A stretch of DNA of 64,000 nucleotides, from positions 6,696,001 to 6,760,000 of the forward strand of contig CM106586.1 of NCBI GenBank assembly GCA_048013815.1. The letters run 5' to 3'. The number at the start of each line of letters is the position of its first letter. Position 1 is the first letter of the stretch. This stretch comes from Setoptus koraiensis (Eukaryota; Animalia; Arthropoda). The notes under the pieces are model-generated. The model was given only the letters and a program-made list of their open reading frames with translations, was not told the DNA's origin and ran no database searches. The translations under genes were made by a program, and so were the position numbers. Of this stretch, positions 25,901 to 37,426 are shown piece by piece.

Positions 25901-28900
25901 GGGGCGATTGTTGTCCGACCCGATCAGCATCAACAGCAGCAGCAACAGCAACAGCAGCACCATCAACAGCAGCAACAACAACAACAACAACAACAGCAAC
26001 AACAACAGCAGCAACAACAACAACAACAGCAACAACAACAATCAGCTGATCACCAATTCAACCGAGTGGACCAAATGGATTCGTCGGATCAGTCGGACCA
26101 ATCGTCGTCGACTGGCGGCCAAACCAACAAATACAACAATAATCACAATGATGTTGTGGTGAGCACAACAACGGGCTCGACATCGACCGTGCAAGCGACC
26201 TCTGGCGACTCTCTCGTTGGTGCCAGTTCCTCTTCTGTAGATACCAATCTCAATGCTGCCGGCAACCAGCAAAATGGTGAAACGCAAAACGGCGCCGCAA
26301 CGGCAACAGATGACGCAATAGAGGATAGACGCGATATTGTTCAGGCTAATTCAACGCAAATTCACAACAACGGTGCCAACAACTCACTAACTACCACTGA
26401 GGATCCCCTATTGGCCTCGCAGGAAACCTCAACTCAGTACACGCTGACGTTACCCACTAATCAACGTTTTCCATCGCTGGCCCTGGCCAACAATCACTCC
26501 ATGTCAACGGGCCCGTCGAGGCCCTCTAGTGGACATTTGGAGACAACCGTTATAACAAGCGAACAAGTGCAGCACAATCGCAACAGAATCAACAAGCCAA
26601 ACACGGGCCTGGCCACCAGTGGCATCACTCAAACGCCCAACAGTGTCACCAAACCGATGGGGGCCAGTTTCCGGCCCCAGACGCCTCTGAGGCCCACCAC
26701 GCCCGCCAGTGTGGCGGCGCACCACAACCACAACAATTACGACAGCCACAACAACAACAACAACAACAAGCAGCGACCCGGCAACAAGAACAAGCCGCAC
26801 AAACCGGCCCGACCCAGCAAACCGACGCGGATCAGGTTGCCGCCCGTAGAGCGGCCCGTATATTTGCCCGGCGAGCCTGCGGGACAAGGTGTGTCGACAC
26901 CAATTCACGACGACAGCCTGGTCAGCAGCCCCGGCTACGAACAGCTCGACAGCGACCAGTTTGACGGCGCCAATCACCCGAGCGGCCCGGTGACCGACTT
27001 CAGGCCGCCCGTGCCCGTCGCGCCGCAGCTGATCAGGCCGGCCCAAGTTGCGCAACAGCAGCCCGCCAAGCACAAGCCCGCCTTCATCATCCTGTCCACG
27101 GGGCCCACCGGCCATCATCATCATCACCACCATCACCCGCACCGGCCCCAGCAGCAGCACATCCTGTATCCGGTTCCGCCCAAGAAAGTGCTCGTGCATC
27201 ACACCTCCGTTACGTCGTCCAATCCCGTCAAGCACCGCCGGCCTTGGATACCCGTGCCGCCTGAGGCCATTGTGGCCACAGACGGCACCCATTATGAGAT
27301 ATTGGACTCGTCGCCCGTTGACATGTCGGCGGCCGCCGATAATCAGCTCAGACCGCACGCCCAGCCGAGCGCCGGTCACAACGCGGATCAATCAAGCGCG
27401 CACGATTTAGATACCTCGGACGTGCTAGAGCCCGTGTACCACGTGCATCACGCCAACACCAACAAATACCGGCCCGCCTATCATCAGCATGTGAGGCCCG
27501 TGACGCCGGCCACCGGCTACGGACCCCGTCGGCCCGTTATGCAGCAGCAACAGCAGCAGCAGGTGGCTATGGTGCCCATAATCCGGAAACGGCCCGCGCC
27601 GCCCGAGCACATCCGCATACAAGCGAGCGGCGGCAACGCCAACCAGGCCAACAACCTGCAGGAGGTGCCCAACGAGAATGCGGTCACGTCAAGCCACCAT
27701 GACAACAACAGCAACAACAACGGCCAAGACGACTACTCGAGCGAAAGTGATCAATCTCAGTCGGACGACGACAACCCGGCCGACTCCGGTCAGCCGCTAC
27801 CGGACGACGGCGCGGACGCGGACGACTCGGGCGCACTCGACGCCGGCCCGTCGTCGGATGGCGGCCCGTACCAGCCGACCACTCAGGTGAGCCAGGCGCA
27901 GCAATTTGTGCAATTCGCGCCCCAACGGAGGCGACCGGTGCCGTTCAGGATCAAACACATTGAGTCTAACATAAAGAAAAAGGACGAAAATGTGCGCACC
28001 AGGCCACTCATAATAGTCGACCCGTCGTCGGCGCTGCCCGGCGACCCGCCGCACCGCCAAGAGGACGTGCCCACTAACACGGACACAACAATATTGCACC
28101 AGAATATGGTTGTCACTTACAGGCCGGGCAGGCCGAAACCGCAACGGCGACCACCGCTCGTGCCCGCCGCCGCCTCCACAACCACGCCGGCCACTCCCAC
28201 CACCCAGTATCCCGTGTTTGATGTGTCGCCCAGTGTGACCCAGTTCAGGCCGCATCAGCAACAATCAAAGGTGCCCAATGTGACGTCATCGCACGACGAT
28301 TACAACGACAATGACCAGTATGACATACCCAATAACGGGAACACCAACGGCCGGCCCGCAAACAGCTCCACCGCGGCCACGGCCATATCTACGGCCACCG
28401 CAACGGCAACAACCACAACAACCACAACCGCGACCCTGTCGGCCGGCGACAACAACATTGTGTTCATTGTGCACGACAACACCAACAGAACCCATCACCA
28501 CGCCAACCAGACGCTGCCGGGCGCCGGTCTGCACCAGAATCACACCGGGCAAACGGTGCAACCGCCCAACATTAGCACCGCGGTCACATCGAGCGGCATC
28601 GGCGCCTCACTAGTGAGCATATCGTCGTCACTGTCCACCGGACAATCACTGTCGCTCCAGACCACCACTCCGTATCCGCCCGCGCCCTCGGTAGTTTATC
28701 CGCACATAATAATCCGGCCCGTGGTCGACATCGAGAATGTGTCGCCCGGCGGCTATCCGTCGTCATCGTCGTCGTCGTCGAGCGGCCCTCCCCGGGGCCA
28801 GCCCTCGCCCAGGCCCGCCTATTCGAACCCGTACGGGCAGCAGCAACAGCACACGACTAGCGCGCCGCCGCCCGCGCCACCCTCAAGCCACCTCGGTCAC

Positions 28901-29695
28901 CCTTACTACCCGCCAAATCGCACGCACCCGCACGGCGCCAACGCGGGCTCATCCTCGTTGAGTGCTTCGTTAATTGAGGCCGGCTCACTGTCTGTGGTGG
29001 CGCAAGCCTCGCACGGCAATCAATCCCAATACCAGAAGCCCTGGTACCCGACGGTACAGCCCAACGGGGCCGGTTCGTCTGCGTCTGGCGGCTCTTCCGG
29101 TTCGTCGGGCTCCATGGGCGGTGGATCGGGTGGCGGCAGCAGTGGCTCTAGCGGGCTGATGAGCTCAATTATAAAGCGCAACAATGGCACAAACAGTAGC
29201 GGTCACTCTAGTCACTCTCACGGCGGCCACCAGAGTTCGTCACTGTCATTGGGCTCTAGCGGGGGCGGCGGCGCTGGTGGTGGCGCTGGCGGTGCAACAA
29301 GCAGCACAACTAGCGGCAACAACAACAATGACAACAACAACGGCAACAACAACAACAACAACATCGGTATGCCCTATTACGGGCAGAGTTATCACCAAGC
29401 GAGGCCCACAAAAAAGTCTAGATGGCGCTTGAGGAGACCGTTTTCCGGGCACCACAACGGAACGCACACGGATCACATGTCCACATCGTCGTCAAACAAT
29501 TATCCCACCAGCTTGGGGGCGCCCAGGCCCCCGCCGGCCTCAATTGGGGCCATGTTCTCGTACAACTCACTGATGGCCTTATACGACAATATAGCCATCT
29601 TTTTCGCCAGATTGCGCACCTTTTTCATATCGCTGATGGTGATGTTCTTGCCGCCGTTGGCGCTGGCGGCCTCAATAGTGAACGCCATGTCCTGA
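15245..29695 (+). CDS. Giant single-exon low-complexity (Q/N/T/S/P/A-rich) mucin-like protein, probably secreted or membrane-anchored; true start may be 18233 or 18296
   Basis: 4816 codons without a stop. Hydrophobic signal-like stretch VQLLLFCAWQLICIIVA at ~18446-18496; C-terminal hydrophobic segment IAIFFARLRTFFISLMVMFLPPLALAASIVNAMS from 29591; poly-N x19 at 22919-22975; long poly-Q at ~25927-26040; AATAAA at 30409. No globular domain recognised. Confidence 0.85.
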
Positions 29696-29789
29696 TCATT
29701 CACTTCATTTAATTTATTAGGCAAATTATCAATTAATTAATCACTGACTCACCAAATGTGTCAGTTCGATCGCCGTCCGGCCTGTGCCG

Positions 29790-29861
29790 CGCAAACCGGA
29801 TGTGGCGCACAAACCGAATGTGCCTCGCAAACCGGATGTGGCGCGCAAACCGGATGTGGCG
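29790..29861. repeat. 18-bp tandem repeat x4 just 3' of the giant ORF
   Basis: cgcaaaccggatgtggcg-like copies at 29790, 29808 (diverged), 29826 and 29844. Confidence 0.9.
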
Positions 29862-30408
29862 ACTGTTTCGTGTACATAGCAGCAACATGTCGGCTAGGCA
29901 TAGCGAACGACGGAAGCACTCACTTCGCGACACCCTGTACAATTCACGCACCTGTATCTATACAAATATTTAATATTACATGTTTCATATTACATTCGGG
30001 CGCAGATTTGTGTCGCGCGCACTAATTAACAGCTCATTATGATTATTATTTATTTGCAACAGCAAGCGAAAATTATTCACGTATTTGTATCACTCTAATC
30101 TGTAATTTGTAACTCTAATCAGCTCTAATCAAAATTGTAACTGCCCTCGCGACACGCAGCCAGCTCACGTCTGTCGTGACTCGCGCTCTCGGCGCTCGGC
30201 CCTCGAGACCGACAAGTGTACCTATTATTATAATTATAATTATTATTTATTTATTTATTTATTTAAATTTCAAACAGTTTTACAAGTTACGCAGCATCTT
30301 ATTTATTCCGTCGCTGGCCAGTTACGTAACTGTATGACAGATTGCAGTTATGAGCGCGTTGTAAGCGCAACAAACAATTCTTTCCAGTGTGTAAACAGTG
30401 TATGATCA

Positions 30409-30414
30409 AATAAA
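30409..30414 (+). terminator. Candidate polyadenylation signal of the giant-ORF gene
   Basis: AATAAA ~715 nt after the TGA at 29695, following an AT-rich 3' UTR-like stretch. Confidence 0.35.
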
Positions 30415-30681
30415 CAAACCCTGTCTACTTGCCAGTCAAAAAAATTAATTAATTGCAGTTGATTGCCGTTGGCTCACTGCTGATCGGCGCGTGGGCGTCC
30501 ACTGGCATGTTGCCAGTGGAAACGAGCGAGCTAATCGGCAATAGCTACTCGACGACATCTCGACGACAGCTACTCGGCGTAGCGCGCGACGCGAGTTGTC
30601 CGACAGACGAAATTCACTGCATTCGGTGTCGTTTGATTGGGCAGGTTACTTGTTGAAGCGGACATCACTCTCGACTCGATG

Positions 30682-30710
30682 CTTGAGACTCTCAAGTTGA
30701 GAGTCTCGAG
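30682..30710. repeat. 14-bp inverted repeat (one G.T pair), 1-nt centre, related to the 12655 palindrome
   Basis: cttgagactctcaa-g-ttgagagtctcgag. Confidence 0.9.
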
Positions 30711-31019
30711 GGCGCGAGCTGATTTCCGGCTGAACGAACGTGAACTTGAAAATTCAAAATTAAATTCAAAAATAAAACGCTCAAACGAGCCGAGAGAGGC
30801 CCGCGGTGATGCAACCAGCCCAATGATGGGCCTCCCGACGAGCTCCCGTTGACATGAAAATCAATCTCTAGCCAATGACATGTCGGCGACACACATTGCG
30901 CGCAACGCACTGTCAGCGCACAACATTGTGATTGCGTAACAATGTCGTCGCGTAACATTGTGATTGCATAACGGGATTGATTGATTAAATTAACGTATTA
31001 ATTAATTGGGGACACTCAC

Positions 31020-32103
31020 CTTCGTCGTCGCAGTAGCAGTCGCAACATTTTGCGTACTGGTTCAGCGCCGCCTGGTAGTGGGCGCTGGCCGCGTTTTGAA
31101 AGTGGCTCGTGGAGCGTTGATTGGTGTTGGCTTGATGCGGCTGCTGCTGGCCCAAATGGGGCCCGTCGGCACACAAGCGCCTCACGGTGAGCAGAAGCTG
31201 ATTGTTTATGGATGAATGCTGTATTAATTGGTAGGCAAAATCGAGCTTGCTGAGCTCCTCTTTGAACTTGTCAGTTTGTTGTTGTTGCTGCTGTTGCATG
31301 TCGTTGTTGCTGAGGAACACCTCGTTGTTGTCGGCGTTGTTGTTGCACTGGCTGTTGATCGTTTGCTGCTTCGTTTGCTGGTTGTTGGCGAGCCCGTTGC
31401 CGACGCTGTTGATGTTGCCGAGGCTGCTGATGTTGCCGGCCAGCGGGCCGGTCGGCGGCGTGTTGAGGTCGAGCGGCGAGTTGGGCTGCGAGCACTGGCT
31501 GTTGGACTGGTTAGACGGGTCCGCGGGCGCGCCGGTGGCCGCCGCGCTGTCCGGCAATTTGTTGGCGTGTCGCTTGCTGGCGGCGCCCGGCCCGGCGCAA
31601 ACACTGGCCGACAGCAACAGCGAGCGCGGGTGATTGTCCAAATGAACGTTGTTCACGGCCACCAGTTCGTCGTTCACTTGCAGGCCGCTCTTTTCCGCGG
31701 GCCCCTTGCATATTTTGCTCACAATCACCTGCGCCTCCACTTGCCTGATGCGAAAGCCCCATTTTGGGCCGCCCAGCAGCACCAAATCAATCAACTGGAA
31801 TGGCTTGTCTGGCTGCTGCTTGCAATTAATTAGGCCGCTCGCGCTGTTACTGTTGCCGTTACTGTTGCTGTTGCTGTTGTGATTATTATGATTATTGTGA
31901 AAATAATGATTATTATGCAAATCACTCGATTGGTCGCACAGGTCGCCGAAGAACACGTTGTGGCCGGCGGCTTGCTGCTGCTGCTGCTGATGAGGCGTGT
32001 TGCTGCTGGTCAATGAGCCGGCAGCGACCGCGCCAACGGTCCGCATGTTGGCCGGCTGAAATGCGAGCTCGGCTTGCTGCTGCTGCTCGACGCTAATTAG
32101 CAT
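31020..32103 (-). CDS. First coding exon of an N-terminal-PDZ protein (Shroom/PDLIM-type PDZ); downstream exons not identified
   Basis: LVLLGGPKWGFRI...IVSKICKGPAEKSGLQVNDELVAVNNVHL, then FAYQLIQHS...LLLTVRR, matches the GGxxWGF PDZ class. ATG at 32103 with an upstream in-frame TGA. Perfect AAG|GTGAGT donor with the intron starting at 31019 (phase 1). Confidence 0.8.
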
Positions 32104-32846
32104 GTTCGCTCACCGCGCCTCACCGGGCCCCACTGCGGCTCGCTGCGGCCCACTCGGCCCAATCGGCTCACTGCGGCTCGCTCGGCCCAATTGGCGGCCC
32201 AATCGGCGGCTCGCTCGGCCCAATCGGCGGCCCGGTCACTGAAACGGCCGGCTCAGGTGCGCACAGCTGACTGTCGGGGGTGCTCAATTAGCGTGGGCGG
32301 CTGGACAGCGCGCGTCGACATGCTAGCGGCTAGCGCCGTTCGGCTGGCTACCTGCCTGCACAATCTTGCGGTGGCTGGCGCTGAGATTCGCTGGGCAGCA
32401 ATTTATCGTGGGGCCGCTTATCGGGGGCCCTTTATTTGGGGGCCCTTTACCGTTTATCGCCTGTTTATCGGGCGCCGCTGGCCTGGGCAAATTTCGGCGT
32501 TCGTGTTGGCGTTCGTGTTGGCGTTCGTGTTGGCCTGTCTGTTTGCGTTCGTGTTCGTGTTGCAACGCCAATCGCGGCTATTTGACTCGACGGGTTTGAC
32601 GGCACATTTGACAAATTTGACACTGCACATTGGGGGCACACACTGGGCACAGGTGACACTGGTAACGCTGGTTCGCTGGCTCGTTGGCTCGCTGGTCGCA
32701 AGCCAGATTCTTGTCGCGGGCTGGCTGTTGAGGACGCTGACGACGATTGTTGCGACGGTCTGACTAAACGATCTTGCAAAAGCTTCTCGGGGCCCCACTT
32801 TTCGCAATCTCGGCCCTGTGCTATATATTACAAACACAAAAATATA

Positions 32847-33280
32847 TTGGCTCACGCCATTGATCAAAACGATCGCTTGTTTGGTTGGTGGAGATTTTTG
32901 TCGCCAGCCTGGCAGCCGCTGAATTGCCGATGCAAAGCGACTTTTATTTCATCGACACGCACAACGCGCACCCCAAACTGGCGCACACTTCACATATGCG
33001 CCATTCTATTCCTATTATGCTGCTGTTCCTATTATTACTGCTGTTTATACTGTGCTGCTGCCGCCGCCGCTTGCACCGCTGCGCCACAGCCAGCCAGCCA
33101 TTCCCTGGCAAGCTTGCCCCCATGCCTGCCCAACGCAACCCGTGAGGCTGGCCCTGGCGAGCTGGCCGCGGCGAGCTTGCCAGCAGCTGCGCGTTCACAC
33201 GTATCTCGCAGCAGCAGCAGCGCCAATGCCAATTATGTGGCCATAGAGCACGCACTGCTCGAGAGCGCCGTTATTGCACA

Positions 33281-33312
<32 letters not shown>

Positions 33313-33653
33313 AACAACAGCAACAACAACAACAACAGCAGCAGCAGCGACAACAACAACAACAACAACGGCAACAACAACGACAGCAACGACAACAGCG
33401 ACGCTGTGTAAGCAAAGCCCCCCTCAGTGGGGCCCCACTGGCCCTGTGCCGCCGCCGCCACTCGATGTGTCAGCCCGTGCGTGTGCGCCTGTGCGCCCCT
33501 GTCCCGCTCTCGATGCCTCGATCAAATTGGCCATTGTCTGTGTCCAACTGCGTGCTGCCGGGCCCCACCGCGGCTGCCTTCGTGGGGCCCAGCGCCGAGA
33601 CTGCACGCACTTGCTTCTTGCGTGCCGCTCGCACACACGCACAGACAGTTTAA
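32847..33653 (+). CDS. Possible poly-Q ORF or exon divergent from the PDZ gene (unidentified)
   Basis: Frame open from 32586 to 33653 with a C/Y/A-rich hydrophobic stretch and a ~40-residue Q tract. No early ATG, and (CAA/CAG)n repeats suppress stops, so it may be spurious. Confidence 0.25.
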
Positions 33654-36600
33654 CAACAAATGTCGACACTAACGGTAACGAGTGCGCGTGTCTCGGCCAG
33701 CCAGCGTCTTGCCAAACGGATCGCTGCCGCTGGCGACTGTGCCTCTGTGTCACAGAGTCTGTGACGCACATTCTGTGCTGTGTCGCTGGCACAGTCGCCC
33801 GAGTGTGTGCAAGCCGTCGGGGCCAGTTGTGCATTTTTCGCGGGGCCCCACAATTACTGCCCAACACAATATCGTGTGCAATATCGCAATGTGCCGTGTT
33901 GTTCATGGTTGTGCGAGCGCAATGGTGGCGCTCGCATACAACTTTTGGCAAATTCATCATTTGCGCGAATGTGCGCCCAAGAAAAAGGTTGCGCAACATC
34001 CGAGCTGAAACGTTTACGCTGGGCCGCTGCCGTTGTTGTTGCTGTTGCTGTTGTTTCTGTTGTTTCTGTTGTTGCTGCCGTTGTTGCTGCCGTTGTTGTT
34101 GCTGTTGTAGCGGACACGCTCAGCTTATCGGTTTATCGGTCCATCGGTTCGTGGGCCCGGCGCGGCCGACGTGATTGTGCCCGCGCCGGCCGCTTGCCGC
34201 ATAGTTGCGCTAGCAGCGAGCCCGCTCCGGTCAGCCAAGCAGCGCGAATAATAACTGGCCCGGTCAACGCGACAAGACAATGCCAATCTCGCGTGCTGGC
34301 CCCATTCGGCTATCTCATCACGCTGGCCGATGTGTCGCTGGGCCCGATCGCAATCAGTTTGTATTTATTTGGGGCTGGCAGTCGCGCTGGCAGGCGGGAT
34401 TAACATTGACTCCGGTCGCCGGGGCCCGGCGTGACCACCGAGAAAGCCAGCCCACAATTCGCAAGCCCACAGGCCCGCAAACTCGCAGGCTCGCTGGCCG
34501 GCGAGCAATCAATGGGCGCAAGATTTGAGATTAGCGCCAACAACAATGAGCGCCCCGTCACAACCGACGGGCCGCCATCGAGCTGCCGCCGCCGTCGCCG
34601 AGCACAAGTGGCACAACTGACTGGCGGCTCTTGTTTGGCCAGGCCCGGCCAGTGCCGAGCCACACAAATGCTGCAGCGACTCTGACAGGTAAAAGTCACT
34701 CGCACGAGCCCGTGCAAGTGACAGGTGTGTTGCCGCAAAATAAATGCTGAATAGATGCAGCGGCACGCGGCATCGGCCGGCCATTATTTGCTGATCGTTG
34801 CTTGTTGGCCGCGTCCAATGTGCGCGCCCGATCCGCATTTGTCCCATTGTCGCCCGACGGCGGCCAACTGGGGCGCGGGTGGCCACGCACGATGCTACTC
34901 AGTCAATTTTTGTCAACCATTTTATACTCTTGTGGCTGGCGAGCGCAAGACAGCGCTTGACAGCGCCCACCGAAGCGGGCCCGCCAACCGCCGACCGCCA
35001 AACAGGCCGAACAGGTGATATAGGCACACACTGACCATCATCTATCATGCATTTGGCGCCGCTAATGATGCCCCTCTTAGCGCCCGCTCCGACGCTCTCC
35101 GTTTATCCAGCTATCCGGCTATCCGGCCATCGAGCTACCCGACTATCCGGCTATCCGACTATTCGACTATTCGACTATCCGACTGTCCGACTGTCCGACT
35201 GTCCGACCGTCCGACTGTCCGCAAGTGGCTAGCGAGCGCAGCGCCACTGATGCCTACATTGCCCGCATTGTGGACAGCTAAACAGAAATTGTATGTAATC
35301 GAGATATTGTGCGCCCACTGTGACAGCGAGCCAGCCGACTTGAGACTCAACTTGAGACGCCGCTGTCCGGGCCTCATGTCAGCGCTGCCAGCAACGTTAC
35401 AGTAACATGACCGTTGCACTGTTCGGCCTATGTTGTGCAATGTTGTGTCACAGCCACCACCACTGACAGATGACAGGTGATTGGGAGCGCAATACCAACA
35501 CAAACACGGCTCACATACCCAATGAGACAGGCAAATGTATCATGTGACACACAATGATTACAGTAAATGGTGCCCGATCGGTTTGATTTTTGTGTCTGGC
35601 GAACTATAACACTGGTCTCTGGCAGTTTTCTAAACAGCGTCTTGTTTCTCGTATAATTTCCATCTCGATGCGCCTTGCAAAGTCCGAAGAGGCCAAAAGT
35701 GTTAATGTTGCTGTTGTCTCTAGTTTTGGTCAGCAATCTAACAAATGTATGCGCCAGTCAAAATGACAAGAACACTCGAGATCCTATTTCACTTGGCTCG
35801 TCACTTCACTTTAACCCAGCCACTGACCTTGCCTCTGACCAACGACCAGCCTCAATTCCGCACCAATCGGGCCACTCTGCAAAAGCTAACCGTTGTTGCA
35901 AAACAGCAATTGCAAGTAGTAAGCAATCTTCAGAGTTGCCCGACTTCGGATTGTTTATAGATGGCCCCAATTCACTTCTTCATTGCACCTTGCTCACTGG
36001 CTACCCAGCTGGCTTACTGCTGGCTTGATTAAATGGCTTTAAAGTCTGCCCGTCTGTCTGTTTGTAAGCTCTTTGCGACACAATGAGACACACAAGTTCC
36101 ACTCTAGCTTAGTTTCGTTATATAGCTTGACAAATGACATTTGTCCCCCCCCCCACTCGCCCGTTTTACGACCCTCGCCATCTTGCCGTTTCCTTCCTGA
36201 TGTAAACAAGAATGAGATTCGCCTAATTCAATGTCGCCGGCCCACTAATACATACCAATGATTCTCTGTGTGTGTGTTCATTATTAAATAGCTTATTGCT
36301 ACAGCCGCCCGACGAAACTGTACCCTGTATCCATTGCCGAGCCATGATACTCGGAATCTTCTCAATATCATTAAATTTAATCGCGTACTCTCCAGGGACA
36401 CAGACCCCTCTGAAGATTCGCCCAGTACTCCGTAATTTATTGCATTATCTTGCTCTCATCTCCATCTCTTCTGGCAATGTACTATTATCATCAAGCTAGA
36501 ATAATAAGAACCACTTGGCTGTGTCTATCTATTTGCGAAGCTGCTTATCAACGCAAAAAGACCAGCCTTCACCAACAAACTATTTGCTAGACTTCAAGTA

Positions 36601-37426
36601 GAAAGATAGGTTTGCTGTTAGCCTTTTTATTTTCACGGCCAGATTCAAAACGATCTTACTAGAAGCTTGATGATGTTCAGTCACAACAACTGATCGATGG
36701 CCGGCCACTTTTCGCATTATCATCATGAATATTATCAATGCAAGAAGCCACCTACACTTATGTCATAAGGACAAGCATTAATGGCACAGTTCGTAACAAT
36801 TCTCCGAAGATACCCCTAATCTTCTCGACCCGTACGATACTTTGAGAGTTTCTATTGTTTTTTATTTTTGTTTCATTACCACTATGACAATGGATTGAAA
36901 CAACCAGGTCCACGTCATTGTATACGTTGAGCTATAAATTGGGAATGTCAACATTAGTATCAAACTATCTCGCTCGCCATGCTCAGATTACCAACAATCA
37001 GAAGATTGTAGATGCACCAGCTTGTGGTTGAGTCTCGTCAGACAGAATCATAGAAGAAAAAGAAAAATAGCAGATATATTCTAAAGCTTAGACAGGATGC
37101 CACGATTTTGTAGCGCCATCTCGAATGATGATGATCTTCGGTTATCATCACGTGAGTACGATATGTAGTAATTAAACTAATGGCGATATTTTAGAAAAGT
37201 GCCCACAAGACATTGACGAACAAGATAAGATAAGTAGACAAGTCTTGGTAGTCGAGTCATTAAGTTAATTTTATTTACAGCGAAGCAGCTTCAGACCTCG
37301 TATGTTGAGAACTTCATCATTTGCATTGAGCAGCTAAAGTTCCCATAATATTGCAAGTTGATGATAGAGACTCGAGTATCCATAGTTCCTGATCGAGAAT
37401 CACGAACACTGGTGTTATCGATTACA

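Noticed and set aside
15384-29724. Dozens of short antisense or alternative-frame ORFs (poly-L, poly-V, poly-C)
   Set aside because: Shadows of CAA/CAG/ACA repeats in the giant ORF
31631-31650. TGATTGTCCAAA resembling the miR-219 5' end
   Set aside because: Only 12 nt match, lies inside the PDZ coding exon, and there is no hairpin
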